Below are positions 1 to 10,175 of a stretch of 59,854 nt of DNA, piece by piece. The stretch comes from a virus. Lineage: Duplodnaviria; Caudoviricetes. Positions within the stretch are counted from its first letter, which is position 1, and each line of letters opens with the position of its first letter. The translations under genes were made by a program, and so were the position numbers. The stretch lies in the IMG/VR virus record IMGVR_UViG_3300020235_000181, positions 1 through 59,854 of that record, one strand, 5' to 3'. The notes below the pieces were generated by a model, which did not search any database, was not told where the DNA came from, and worked only from the letters and a program-made list of their open reading frames with translations.

Positions 1-1
1 A

Positions 2-478
2 ATTGCTGGTGGAAAAGAACCAACTGTATTTATTGGTGGACAAGACACCTATGCAGAAGTTCAATCAATCTACATGAACGCATACAGGATTCAAAACACA
101 GCAGACTTGAGAACAGAATTTAGCGTTGGCGTAAACGGTGTTGATACATTCACTGGTACAGGTGCGGGTTTACATATATCCACGATATATGGCTTACCAT
201 TCATTCCTTCAAAGGACACACCTCAATCAACTGAAGGTTCAGTAGGTGATTTATTCATCTTAAACACAAGTGCAGACAAAAATGCTCCAAATAAACCATT
301 GATAGGTATTCAGGTACTTAAACCAATAGTTTACTATGAGGCTGGAAAGAGACAACAAGGTTATCCTTTCATAAACGAAGCTTTCAACGACAGAGCTTTG
401 TACAATATGTTAGCAGAAACAACTTGTAGAAACTTTAAAGCACAAGCCAAGATTAGAGACATAGCTTCAGGAATCTAG
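2..478 (+). CDS. Major capsid protein, C-terminal part (truncated by window edge)
   Basis: The frame is open from base 2 (IAGGKEPTVFIGGQDTYAEVQSIYMNAYR...). 'IYGLPFIPS', 'DLFILNT' and the terminal 'QAKIRDI' resemble HK97-fold capsid C-termini. It lies upstream of the neck genes and is followed by a T-rich terminator. Confidence 0.7.
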   Translation: MAGGKEPTVFIGGQDTYAEVQSIYMNAYRIQNTADLRTEFSVGVNGVDTFTGTGAGLHISTIYGLPFIPSKDTPQSTEGSVGDLFILNTSADKNAPNKPLIGIQVLKPIVYYEAGKRQQGYPFINEAFNDRALYNMLAETTCRNFKAQAKIRDIASGI

Positions 479-491
479 GGATAAAACCCAA

Positions 492-514
492 ATTTTATTT
501 TTTTTTAATTTTTT
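492..514 (+). terminator. Oligo-T archaeal-type terminator
   Basis: Long T tracts directly after the capsid stop codon. Confidence 0.55.
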
Positions 515-592
515 AAAAATTATACATATATGAAATAAGATTTATAAATCCATATATAATAATCTTTATATGGCGGGAATATATTTTGAATT

Positions 593-961
593 ATGACTGT
601 AACAATAGTAGAAAATTCAAGGTTTAGACACCTTAACGCTGACAGAAGCCAAGTTATCAAAGTTGGTGGAGTAGGCGTAGAAAAAGAGGTTGTATGTGAT
701 ATAACACTCGTAGACGAAGATTTGTCCAATTCAGTAATTGGTGAATTTATTGCTGACTTTACACAAGTAAGACTACAGCAAGTTTACGCCTGTGAAATAC
801 TAGCACAAGACAACTTTGCAATTACACTCGACTTTGTACCAGATGCAAATTCAGATGCAGCTTTGGCAAGATTCCATGTAACAGACCGTGATGATGGACT
901 TGTTAATGATGATGCTGATTTAGCTGACACAGTGCTAACTGTCGCAGTACGTGGTGTATAG
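593..961 (+). CDS. Putative virion structural/decoration protein
   Basis: Acidic, beta-rich 122 aa ORF between capsid and neck genes. Confidence 0.45.
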   Translation: MTVTIVENSRFRHLNADRSQVIKVGGVGVEKEVVCDITLVDEDLSNSVIGEFIADFTQVRLQQVYACEILAQDNFAITLDFVPDANSDAALARFHVTDRDDGLVNDDADLADTVLTVAVRGV

Positions 962-996
962 GTAAATCTTATATACTATTACTTTTTTTATATACT

Positions 997-1257
997 ATGG
1001 CAAGAAACGCTCATAAAATAACTTCTTCTTCTGAGGAAGTTGTAGGTAGAAGTGGAAAATTAAAACATATTACTATCATAGATTCAACAAGTGCAATTAT
1101 TAATCTTAGGGAAGTTGATGTATCTGGTAATGTTATATACAAACTAGACGTTTCTGAAAATGCTCAAATTCACCAAGATTTAGACTTGGGATTTAGAACA
1201 GCTTTATACGCTGAATTTGTGAGTGGAACAGGCGAAATCAATATTATATACGAATAA
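997..1257 (+). CDS. Small putative structural protein
   Basis: 86 aa beta-rich ORF with CTTATATA 29 nt upstream of the ATG. Confidence 0.45.
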   Translation: MARNAHKITSSSEEVVGRSGKLKHITIIDSTSAIINLREVDVSGNVIYKLDVSENAQIHQDLDLGFRTALYAEFVSGTGEINIIYE

Positions 1258-1286
1258 TTTAAATACGATAGACTTAAACCTTATAT

Positions 1287-1958
1287 ATGCGTACAGAACC
1301 CATTTATTGCACTGTTAAAGATATAGCAGATTGGCTTAGAATTGATATAAATCCTAATACTGATCCTAATGAAAATATGATTAAAAATAACATATTGGAT
1401 AACGAGGATAGAATTGACAGAATGACTCAACATACATGGATGCCTGATAGACAGGCTACTGAGGAATTTAGTGTAACCAAACTTTATGATTGGGGTAGAG
1501 GTATGCCTTTGTTTCCAAGACATAGAAATCTTAAAACATTTGATGATGATCTAGGAGATAAACTTGAAATTTGGGATGGTGGTGAATGGGTTGATAATAC
1601 ACCTGATATATCAGAACTTTCTGGTTCAAACGGAATTATATATTTCCAAGAAGTTAAAGGTATAATATATTTGAGGGGATATTTATTTACAATACTTACT
1701 ACAAACAGATTTAGAATTACATACAGATACGGGGGAGATAATGATAAGCGATTTGCTGAAGATGAAACAATACCAAGGGATATTCAAAAACTTTGTAAAC
1801 TTATGACTTGTGTAGATTTACTTGGAACTGATTTCCAAATGTCACAAATTGCATACGGTGGGGAAGGAAATATTAATAAAGACAAAGTAATGGACAGATG
1901 GGAAAAAGAGATACATGAAATAATGTGGAGTAGAAGTGAAATCACTTCAACGTGGTAG
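1287..1958 (+). CDS. Head-tail adaptor (connector) protein
   Basis: N-terminal 'YCTVKDIADWL', 'IDRMT', 'ITYRYGG' and 'IPRDIQKLC' fit gp6/gp15-like adaptors, and the position after the capsid gene agrees. Confidence 0.65.
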   Translation: MRTEPIYCTVKDIADWLRIDINPNTDPNENMIKNNILDNEDRIDRMTQHTWMPDRQATEEFSVTKLYDWGRGMPLFPRHRNLKTFDDDLGDKLEIWDGGEWVDNTPDISELSGSNGIIYFQEVKGIIYLRGYLFTILTTNRFRITYRYGGDNDKRFAEDETIPRDIQKLCKLMTCVDLLGTDFQMSQIAYGGEGNINKDKVMDRWEKEIHEIMWSRSEITSTW

Positions 1959-1961
1959 ATA

Positions 1962-2603
1962 ATGCCAGCACTAGCTGTTTCTCCACCTATTCAGGTTTCT
2001 GCAAATGAATATGAATTTTTACGACTACAAAAGGATGTAGGCTCAGAGATTATACTTAATATAAGACAGATACTTAGAGATGAAGATATTAATTTCACAG
2101 AAGATTTGGCAAATTCATTTTCATTGGTAATGTGGATGGGTAAGGCTCACATAGAATCTAGTAATAGATATGCTGGTTTGGTGGATAGAGGTATGAAACC
2201 GGGAAAATGGGTAAATTATGATGCTTTACATGATTGGGTTGTTATTAAGTTAGGAATTGATGATCCTGAAGCAGTTAATGTTACTTGGAAGATATTAAAA
2301 AAAATTCAAAGAGATGGAATAAGACCAAAAAGATATGTTAAAAAGGCATTAAAAATGGTTATTGGTAAACACGGTGTTGCCACACTCAGACGTAAGACAG
2401 GAAATAAAAGAAAGAGAAAATCAAGAATTATGAAAACTGTTGGAAAAATAAACAAGGCTATAAGAGCAGTAAAGAGAATATTGAGAAAAATTGATAATAT
2501 ACAAAGATCGATAAAAAGTCCATTATTTGCAGTTCAATGGAATAAACGAGTTAAACAAAAGAAAGCACGAAGGATTTCTAGGGCAGGGGGAAATAACCCA
2601 TGA
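1962..2603 (+). CDS. Neck/tail-completion protein (HK97 gp10-like) with basic C-terminal tail
   Basis: 'YAGLVDRGMKPG...IQRDGIRPKRY' pattern and synteny. Confidence 0.5.
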   Translation: MPALAVSPPIQVSANEYEFLRLQKDVGSEIILNIRQILRDEDINFTEDLANSFSLVMWMGKAHIESSNRYAGLVDRGMKPGKWVNYDALHDWVVIKLGIDDPEAVNVTWKILKKIQRDGIRPKRYVKKALKMVIGKHGVATLRRKTGNKRKRKSRIMKTVGKINKAIRAVKRILRKIDNIQRSIKSPLFAVQWNKRVKQKKARRISRAGGNNP

Positions 2604-3064
2604 CCGATGGAATGGCTGGACTACCATTTGCAAACGATATTGTATCACACCTAAAAAATAATTGGACAATTAATGGTGGTAAACTGCCTACATTTACAAC
2701 TAAATGGAAGATCAAGGCTGTGGGAGTAGGTAAAAGGGCTTATGACGAGGTTATTGTTGAATTAGATACGGAAGATCCAAAGATATTTAGTCTAATTTCA
2801 GGCGTAAGTGCAGACGGTACGTTTGACTATGACTGGTTACATGACATATCAGTAACAATAGATGTATATACGAGCGTAAGTGAAGATAGAGTATTACAAT
2901 TAGTAGATGAAATAGTAAGAATATTGAAGAATAATGTCGTAACTACCATAAATAATCGGGATTATATTCAAATATTACCCGGAAATATAACCTCATTAAA
3001 CGAAGAATTTAGAAATATATTCAGATATACCATAGACGTAGATGCACTCAGGTTTAACCCATGA
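2600..3064 (+). CDS. Tail terminator protein
   Basis: 154 aa, 'VTIDVYT' strand, directly upstream of the tail tube gene. Confidence 0.55.
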   Translation: MTDGMAGLPFANDIVSHLKNNWTINGGKLPTFTTKWKIKAVGVGKRAYDEVIVELDTEDPKIFSLISGVSADGTFDYDWLHDISVTIDVYTSVSEDRVLQLVDEIVRILKNNVVTTINNRDYIQILPGNITSLNEEFRNIFRYTIDVDALRFNP

Positions 3065-3098
3065 AAATATTTAAATACCTTGTATATAAACTAAGACT

Positions 3099-4073
3099 AT
3101 GACAAGATCAGCTTCTAGTGTATATGTAGAGTATGCTTATGAGGATGATTTTGGTGGCGGAGCAACTACCAGTTTTCCAATACAATTTGGTAAAGAAGTA
3201 AAGGCTACTGGTTTAGAATTTAAGAATAATCAGATTCCACTTGGTCAATTATATTCACCAGAATTGGAAACATTTGCATGGGGTAAAAATGAGGGCAAGG
3301 TTAGTATGGAATATGTTGTAAGCAATCCTTGGTTCTTTGAGGCAATTTTAGATTCTGTAGATTCTTCTGGTTCTACATTATTTTCGCATGAATGGGATTC
3401 AGATCCAACAATAAATGGATCAACAATTAAGACTATTAATTCAATGGCACTCCAAATTGGTTTCGATGTAAATTCTGATTATACAAGATTACCAGTCGGT
3501 GTAGTATGTCCTTCACTATCTTTTAAAATGGCATTAAATGAAACTGTTAAAATAACACAAGAATTAATTTGGGGTGAGGAAACAGTTAATCAAACATTTA
3601 CTGAACCGGATGGTGTGCCATTAGCAGGGGAAATACCATATACATTTGTCCATGTATTAATAACAGATCCAACAACAGGTAGTACACTTACTACAATACA
3701 AACATTCGACTTGAATATTAACTCAAACGCAGAATTAGTTTATGGATTTAACTCTGCAAACAGTGAAGATGCTTATAGAAAGATATTAGAACTAACTGGT
3801 AAAGTAGGTGTAACATTAAAGGATTCACATTTTTGGGAAGAAGTTTTAGGAAGAGCAGAATCATCAAATGAAATGGTAATCACATTATCAAATGGTGGTG
3901 CTGGTGATGCTTTAAGAGAAATCGTAATTAAATTAAGCGGGGTTAGTTTTTCAGTACACAGCACAGTTGGTATTGAACCCGGAGAATTGGTAATTGAGAA
4001 TCTTGATTTTCAAGCAAGAGGAATTAATGTAATAGCCAAGAACGAACTCGCAGATTTACCAGATTCAGTTTAG
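3099..4073 (+). CDS. Major tail tube protein
   Basis: 324 aa, starts 'YVEYAYEDDFG', contains 'FDLNINSN' and 'LELTGKV', and precedes chaperone and tape measure genes. Confidence 0.7.
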   Translation: MTRSASSVYVEYAYEDDFGGGATTSFPIQFGKEVKATGLEFKNNQIPLGQLYSPELETFAWGKNEGKVSMEYVVSNPWFFEAILDSVDSSGSTLFSHEWDSDPTINGSTIKTINSMALQIGFDVNSDYTRLPVGVVCPSLSFKMALNETVKITQELIWGEETVNQTFTEPDGVPLAGEIPYTFVHVLITDPTTGSTLTTIQTFDLNINSNAELVYGFNSANSEDAYRKILELTGKVGVTLKDSHFWEEVLGRAESSNEMVITLSNGGAGDALREIVIKLSGVSFSVHSTVGIEPGELVIENLDFQARGINVIAKNELADLPDSV

Positions 4074-4108
4074 AAAGGCTTATATACATCACATATATTA
4101 TATAATAT

Positions 4109-4456
4109 ATGGCTGTTATCACAACACATGATTTTAAATGTAAGGTTAATGGTGAAGAAGTAACAGTTAAAATAAAGACTGATTTAACTTGGGGAGAAAC
4201 ACAGGATCTTTTGTCTAAATCTGTCAGACAGTTGGAAAACGGTCAAAAAGATTTTAATTTTAATAACTTTTGTGATGTTTTACTATCAAAGACCATAATT
4301 TCTGGTTTACCATTTCCAGCTACAAATCTGGTTAAAATGAAGGATTTGCCAATGAGTGAACTAAGTATAATCTTAGGAGAGATTATGAAAATAATCCCTT
4401 TAGAGAGCTATTTCAGCAACCTAGGGATGAGTCAAGTGGAAATTCCAAAACAGTAG
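4109..4456 (+). CDS. Tail assembly chaperone (lambda gpG-like)
   Basis: 115 aa between tail tube and tape measure; contains slippery heptamer C CCT TTA at 4396-4402. Confidence 0.7.
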   Translation: MAVITTHDFKCKVNGEEVTVKIKTDLTWGETQDLLSKSVRQLENGQKDFNFNNFCDVLLSKTIISGLPFPATNLVKMKDLPMSELSIILGEIMKIIPLESYFSNLGMSQVEIPKQ

Positions 4457-4602
4457 AAGGACAGGTTTACGCTTATTGTGCATTAGCATTTGGGTGGGAT
4501 AAATTTACAGTTGATAAACTACCAGCAAAATACGTACTTGATACAATGTTTATAAGTATGCAAATGCTTAAAGACGTTATTGGCGGGATTAAATTAAGAT
4601 GA
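4396..4602 (+). CDS. -1 frameshift extension of tail chaperone (gpGT-like)
   Basis: The -1 frame is open from the slippery site to TGA 4600-4602 and encodes ...VYAYCALAFGWDKFTVDKLPAKY...; the stop overlaps the tape measure ATG. Confidence 0.7.
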   Translation, partial: PFRELFQQPRDESSGNSKTVEGQVYAYCALAFGWDKFTVDKLPAKYVLDTMFISMQMLKDVIGGIKLR

Positions 4603-5798
4603 GCAGTAACGTATATACTCTAAAAATAGATATTGATGATACTAAGATTAGAGCCATAGAGCAACGACTAATGAATATTGTAGGTGGCGGTAAAGCTGGT
4701 GGAATTGGTAGTCAAATGACCACTGTTGCTGGTGGCGGTGGAAAAAATGCTAATATGATGAAGAACATAGCTAAAATTGCGGGAATAGCTGTAGGTGTAA
4801 TAGCAATAGTAGCTATGGTTAGAAAACTAACTGATATGTTAATTCAATCCTCTCCAATGTTACAACAAATGTTAAAACTATTTAATTTTGGAATAATGTT
4901 AATATTAAGACCAATCGGAGACTTTATTGGATTCTTTCTCAGACCTATAATTCTATACTTTTTAAGAAATATTGCAATCCCTTGGTATAGACTTTCAAGA
5001 AATTGGTTTATGACAGCTGGTGCAAAAGCTGGTCAAGCTTTCATTAATAATCCAATAGGTTCAATTATAGCAACTCTTGGTGGGGTTGGTGGTTCGTTTA
5101 TAATTAATATTGAAGCCATACTTGGTTCAGTACAAGGGCATCTTATGAAGCTTCAACTTGGAATTGAAAAATGGATAAATAACTTAAATCTTCCTTCACT
5201 AGCAGATTTTTCACTATTTGTTACAAATTGGGTAGATTCATTAGACCTTCCCTCACTAGCCGGTATTTCACTATTTGTTACAAACTGGATAGATTCATTA
5301 AATCTTCCCTCACTAGCCGGTATTTCACTATTTGTTACAAATTGGATAGATTCATTAGAACTTCCTTCATTTGATGGAATTGGAGCTGGTATAAGAGCGT
5401 GGATATTAGAACAGGTTAGTAAATTACCGGGTTGGGGATTAATAAATGGTTTTATAGACAGATGGATTGGGCATTTAGATTTTTCACTACCTACATGGGA
5501 TGTATTTATACTAGATATAACAACATGGATTGATGGGCTGAGTCTACCAACATGGGATGATGTAAATGCTAGAATAACATCAATTATGTCTAGTGCTCAG
5601 GAATTAATGGATTTAGTATGGGGATTGATAACTGGGTTAATAGACATGATAACTGGTGCAGCTCAAAAACAAATACAACAAACAGTAATAAATCCAGTAA
5701 TAATTGCGTTATCTGATTCTAACAATAACGGAATACCAGATTTTATTGATGATATTAAAAGCTCCCTAAGTGATTCATTAAAGAGTGTGTTTCCATAA
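4599..5798 (+). CDS. Tape measure protein (short, 399 aa)
   Basis: Helical, Gly/Ala/hydrophobic composition with Trp-periodic repeats; follows the chaperone genes. Confidence 0.7.
   Translation: MSSNVYTLKIDIDDTKIRAIEQRLMNIVGGGKAGGIGSQMTTVAGGGGKNANMMKNIAKIAGIAVGVIAIVAMVRKLTDMLIQSSPMLQQMLKLFNFGIMLILRPIGDFIGFFLRPIILYFLRNIAIPWYRLSRNWFMTAGAKAGQAFINNPIGSIIATLGGVGGSFIINIEAILGSVQGHLMKLQLGIEKWINNLNLPSLADFSLFVTNWVDSLDLPSLAGISLFVTNWIDSLNLPSLAGISLFVTNWIDSLELPSFDGIGAGIRAWILEQVSKLPGWGLINGFIDRWIGHLDFSLPTWDVFILDITTWIDGLSLPTWDDVNARITSIMSSAQELMDLVWGLITGLIDMITGAAQKQIQQTVINPVIIALSDSNNNGIPDFIDDIKSSLSDSLKSVFP
5184..5369 (+). repeat. 57-bp (19 aa) tandem repeat, about 3 copies, inside tape measure
   Basis: LNLPSLA(D/G)(F/I)SLFVTNW(V/I)DS repeated with near-identical DNA. 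Confidence 0.9.
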
Positions 5799-6595
5799 TG
5801 GGTAGTATATTTATAGTTAAATTTGTAGCCAATTCAACTACTGAATTATATAGGTATAAATTGGGTAATTTTAAACGATTACAATATAATATTAATACCC
5901 CTGTAAGTCCAATGCCACTACCAGAAGAAGATTCTAATGAAAATGTACTTATAAAAATTGAGGGTAACAGTTCTGATATAACATTAAACTGGATTGTAAA
6001 AGACAATAATGGAGTTAATTTAGAAACAAAATTTGATGCACCAACCGGATTTCCTTCTTCAACAGTAAGAGAACAGATAGAATTTATCAGGAAAGAATTT
6101 AGACCTAAATCAATCGCAGATAGTTATCAACTAATACTTCGACTTGATAATGCAGATACCAGTCAGGACATTACTTTTGACGGTACATTTGCACAGTTTG
6201 GTTTTGGCATGGCAGATCCCGAATTACTTACATTTAAAGCTCAAGCAAAGTTCTTTGAAGGAAACGTTGCATTAGGATTTGCAGTAGATGTTTCAAGTGA
6301 ACCACTTAATTTAGTAGTTACATCACCCGCATCTGGTGAAATAGATGCAGATTGGGATGTGCCTCAAGATCCCGGTACAAGTGCCCTTACTCTTTACAGG
6401 GTACACTACAGAAAATTCGGAACATCAGATCCTTTTCTGTTTACAGATGTAAGTGGTACTCCACCAGTCACATTCCTAGATGATATATCAAGTGGTGGAT
6501 TAGATAATGAAGTATATGAAGTGGCTGTAGTGCCTTTTACAGTGTTAGGATTTGGCAAACCATCTAAACTTAAAAATGTAGTGGTGCAAGCTTAG
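5798..6595 (+). CDS. Distal tail/baseplate protein with C-terminal FN3 domain
   Basis: Follows tape measure; 'PLNLVV...ADWDVP...YRVHYR...YEVAVVPFT..GFG' is an FN3 pattern. Confidence 0.6.
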   Translation: MGSIFIVKFVANSTTELYRYKLGNFKRLQYNINTPVSPMPLPEEDSNENVLIKIEGNSSDITLNWIVKDNNGVNLETKFDAPTGFPSSTVREQIEFIRKEFRPKSIADSYQLILRLDNADTSQDITFDGTFAQFGFGMADPELLTFKAQAKFFEGNVALGFAVDVSSEPLNLVVTSPASGEIDADWDVPQDPGTSALTLYRVHYRKFGTSDPFLFTDVSGTPPVTFLDDISSGGLDNEVYEVAVVPFTVLGFGKPSKLKNVVVQA

Positions 6596-6596
6596 T

Positions 6597-8732
6597 ATGC
6601 CTCTTGTTAGATGTATAGTGAAATCAAATGAGAGTCCTTTTTCAACACACGCATATTTTCCTTTACGTGCGATTGTAAAATTGGAAGGTAATAAAAAACC
6701 AGATACACTTGATGTTTCATTTCCAACGAGTAATAATATAAAAGAGAATTTTGAGATAACTTACATACAGGATATAATAGATACAACTTATTTAAGAGCA
6801 ATATACCCCATGCACTTGTCATGTTTAGATGAATCAGGATTTGATCAAGATCCTATAGATCCACCAACATCTAGGTTTGTTAAAGTAACATCGGGAAGAT
6901 ATAGAGGACACTATGCACTTGATTTCACAGCTGATGCTCAGGGAGTGGAAGTACCAAATGCACGAGTAGAAGATGGTGGAAAAATAGACCTATCAAAACA
7001 GTTTGATATACATATAAAATTTACACCTAATACAACACAGCTTCAGGATGGTACTAAAGAACCTATACTATGGTCACTTAAAGATGGTAACAAAGGTCTT
7101 GATATAGGATTCCAAGGTACTAATGGTGACGATCCATCATGGAAGGTACATATACTATATCATACAACTGGTGGTATTTTTTCGGCTCAAGGAACAACTA
7201 ATGGTTTAATAATGCACACAGACGGATCTCCTGTCCATATAAGAGTGAAAAGAGGTCAAGATGGAAAAATAAAAGCTTATGTTGATGGTATTGAAGAAAT
7301 ATCAGTAAATGAATCTAGGACTATGCAACCTACAACAACTGTACCAATGGTATTTGGTGATACAGAAACTTCAACTAATGATGAGTATATAGGACAAATA
7401 CATGAGATTAGAGTATATTGTGGAACTGATTTGGATGATGAAGAGGCAGAAAGAATTAGATGGTCAAAACCAATTCCACAGGTTATGAAGTTTGCGGGAA
7501 GGGTTGTTAAATTAACCAGTAACCAAGTATCAAATAAATTAATGTGTCAAAGTAATTCATTTAAATTTACAAAGGGAAAACTTGGTGGGGATGCAATAGA
7601 AAGTGGAGATCCACCAGTTGAACGTAATTTTAGAGAAACAACTATAGATTTTGATAACGGATCTGGTAACTTACAGATTGGTAACTTTATAACAGGTAGC
7701 TCAAGTGGTGCTAGGGGGAGAGTTATTGAATATATATCAGGGAGTTTAGGAGATGCAACTGCAACCATAAGAATACAAGATAGAGAAAGCTTTACAAGTT
7801 CATTTAAATTATATACAAATGGTGAAGCTTGTACGGAATCAGGAGTGTCTAGTGATTGGACAGGTAATTTTGTAGCTGATTCGGAAGTTATAACATATCC
7901 ATCATTTACTCCATTATTACAAGAGGTGGTTGATGTAATAGATTCTAGTTTTACAGTGAGAAACGTAGATTTATTTGAGGAAACAACAAAAATAGTTTTT
8001 GATATAAGAAGTAATATACTTGAAATAGGTGCATTTTTCCAGTTTCTATCAGTGTTATTATTATATAGTGATACTACTATGTATATGACACCTAGAAAAA
8101 ATATAATTATAGAACAGAATATAGGTCAGGCAACAGACTATGTATTTGATCAAAACGGAATAGAATCATCTGATACTGCTATTGCTTATCATATTAAAGA
8201 TTCAGAAACAAACGATGTTAAATTAGTCAATGATGTTACACTTACAGGCAGGGCTAATGTTGATGTTATGGATCTTACTACTCCAACTCCAACACAAAGA
8301 AAATCATTTACACCATCATCGGGAATAATAAGAGCATTAAGAAGAAACGTACAACAAATAGATAATGAGTTTGATTTACTTGAATTAACCAACAGAACTG
8401 CTTTAGATTTACAGGGTGATATATCATTGGATGTTTCACCAACAAAATATTTAATACAATCATCTTCACCAATACACCATGTAAGATATAATCATACAGT
8501 ACAAGTTAAACGTAATAACGGATATAATGATAGTATAACATTTGATCCAACAAGGGGTACTGATGATTTAGATGAAATTATGATTGTAAGACAATTAGAA
8601 TACCATTATCCATCAGGTAAAACAATGATTAAGGTAGGAGAAAATGATATTGATTACTATGATGATGTTGTAAATACAAGTAGAATGAGTGACGGGTTAT
8701 TAGATACTACACTAGACGAAACTACGATTTAA
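6597..8732 (+). CDS. Baseplate hub/tail tip protein with LamG-like insertion
   Basis: 'IKAYVDG...MVFG...YIGQIHEIRVY...L' is a LamG/concanavalin pattern; hub-like termini and synteny. Confidence 0.55.
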   Translation: MPLVRCIVKSNESPFSTHAYFPLRAIVKLEGNKKPDTLDVSFPTSNNIKENFEITYIQDIIDTTYLRAIYPMHLSCLDESGFDQDPIDPPTSRFVKVTSGRYRGHYALDFTADAQGVEVPNARVEDGGKIDLSKQFDIHIKFTPNTTQLQDGTKEPILWSLKDGNKGLDIGFQGTNGDDPSWKVHILYHTTGGIFSAQGTTNGLIMHTDGSPVHIRVKRGQDGKIKAYVDGIEEISVNESRTMQPTTTVPMVFGDTETSTNDEYIGQIHEIRVYCGTDLDDEEAERIRWSKPIPQVMKFAGRVVKLTSNQVSNKLMCQSNSFKFTKGKLGGDAIESGDPPVERNFRETTIDFDNGSGNLQIGNFITGSSSGARGRVIEYISGSLGDATATIRIQDRESFTSSFKLYTNGEACTESGVSSDWTGNFVADSEVITYPSFTPLLQEVVDVIDSSFTVRNVDLFEETTKIVFDIRSNILEIGAFFQFLSVLLLYSDTTMYMTPRKNIIIEQNIGQATDYVFDQNGIESSDTAIAYHIKDSETNDVKLVNDVTLTGRANVDVMDLTTPTPTQRKSFTPSSGIIRALRRNVQQIDNEFDLLELTNRTALDLQGDISLDVSPTKYLIQSSSPIHHVRYNHTVQVKRNNGYNDSITFDPTRGTDDLDEIMIVRQLEYHYPSGKTMIKVGENDIDYYDDVVNTSRMSDGLLDTTLDETTI

Positions 8733-8874
8733 TTTCTTGTATTTCTTTTAATACCTTAGCCCAAGTAATAACATCAGGCACTCTAAGATTTTCCTCTATT
8801 TTTGTCAATATCTTATTAGTATTTAAAACACTTTCATTCACTTCTTTTAACAGTCTTTCTACTTCTGCAAACAT
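8722..8874 (-). CDS. Small coiled-coil protein, 50 aa (not in ORF track)
   Basis: MFAEVERLLKEVNESVLNTNKILTKIEENLRVPDVITWAKVLKEIQEIKS fills the gap between the hub and exonuclease genes. Confidence 0.5.
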   Translation of the reverse strand: MFAEVERLLKEVNESVLNTNKILTKIEENLRVPDVITWAKVLKEIQEIKS

Positions 8875-8902
8875 ATAAATACATACATAACCATGTATTT
8901 AT

Positions 8903-9640
8903 GTGTTTAAACATATAAAAACTGATATAATAAGACCATTCGCCAAGACTGACCATGATGAATCGGGGCATTATTATATTACAAATGAAGGTAAGAGATA
9001 CCCAAGCATAACTACCGTACTCAAATTATTAGATACTAAGGAATGGTATGGTTGGTGGGTTACATCTGTTGCTAAAAAAGAGAAGATAAGTGAAACACAG
9101 GCTAAGGCTAGATGTAAGGAAATTGGTGATAACTCTATAAAAATGGGAAATATTATACATAAATATGCAGAAGATTATCTTAATAATGCTAAATATGTAC
9201 CATTGAAAAGTGCAGAGGATATAGAAGATATTAACCCTGCTGATTTGTTTCAGCCTTTAATGGCACACTTAGCTTCTGCCACGACAATAGGAAATATATA
9301 CGGAGTAGAAAAATCAATATATTCAGATGATTTAGAATTAGCGGGAACAGTGGATTGTATAGCAGAATATGAAGGAATGTTAAGTATTATAGACTTTAAA
9401 AACAGTAGGAAACGTAAAACTAAATCAGAGTGTGCTAAAAAAGATTACTTTGTACAAATGTGTGCATACGGTAAGATGTGGGAGTTTTGTACAGGACAGA
9501 AAATTAAACAAGGTGTGAATATTATTATTAATTGGGATGAAACACTAACAGTATTTAAAGTAAATTTAGATGATTATGAAGTAGACCTTATGAGAAAACT
9601 TGTACTTGTAGAGCAACAACAAGCCTTAAATACTACTTAG
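8903..9640 (+). CDS. PD-(D/E)XK exonuclease (phage exonuclease/Cas4-like superfamily)
   Basis: 'RYPSITTVL', 'G..IH...E', 'LAGTVD', 'IIDFKNS' and 'QMCAY' motifs. Confidence 0.8.
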   Translation: MFKHIKTDIIRPFAKTDHDESGHYYITNEGKRYPSITTVLKLLDTKEWYGWWVTSVAKKEKISETQAKARCKEIGDNSIKMGNIIHKYAEDYLNNAKYVPLKSAEDIEDINPADLFQPLMAHLASATTIGNIYGVEKSIYSDDLELAGTVDCIAEYEGMLSIIDFKNSRKRKTKSECAKKDYFVQMCAYGKMWEFCTGQKIKQGVNIIINWDETLTVFKVNLDDYEVDLMRKLVLVEQQQALNTT

Positions 9641-9653
9641 AAAACCTTTATAT

Positions 9654-10175
9654 ATGGTAAGGACATTTCAGAAAAAAGATGAAAGAACTGGCATAGTTAA
9701 TTTAGAAATAGATAAACGCACTTTACCAAAGAAAAAACCACATAATGTAAAGGATTTGAACTTTGCAAGAAATCTACCGCCTGAGTGTAATAACTGTCCG
9801 TTTAGACCTATAGAAAAAGGTGGTAATGACTTATGTACTGAATATAAAGAAGATTCCTTATGTGTAATTAGAAAGGATATTGCTAAACTTGTGGATAAAT
9901 ATGGTGGTAGAACACTTGACTTGATGGAAGTAGAGTTTCATAATAACTTTGAGAAACTAATGTTTTTTGAGAAACTAGAAGATTATAAAGGAGAATTAAA
10001 TCCCGAAGTTACCAAGCGTATAAACTCACTCAATAATTTGGGAAAGATAATTAACGAGATTAAAACAAAAAGAGATACAGTAGAAGTAACAGAAAAAACC
10101 ACACTATCACAGGATGAGATACATGAGATAGCACGTACTGTTAAATTAACAAGGGATATATTCGATGAGTCTTAG
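9654..10175 (+). CDS. Putative terminase small subunit (Cys-cluster N-terminus)
   Basis: Overlaps the start of terL; helical C-terminus; CxxC...C...C cluster. Confidence 0.5.
   Translation: MVRTFQKKDERTGIVNLEIDKRTLPKKKPHNVKDLNFARNLPPECNNCPFRPIEKGGNDLCTEYKEDSLCVIRKDIAKLVDKYGGRTLDLMEVEFHNNFEKLMFFEKLEDYKGELNPEVTKRINSLNNLGKIINEIKTKRDTVEVTEKTTLSQDEIHEIARTVKLTRDIFDES

Noticed and set aside
8903-9640. CRISPR-associated Cas4
   Set aside because: It lacks the four-Cys Fe-S pattern and any cas context, so it is treated as a phage exonuclease.
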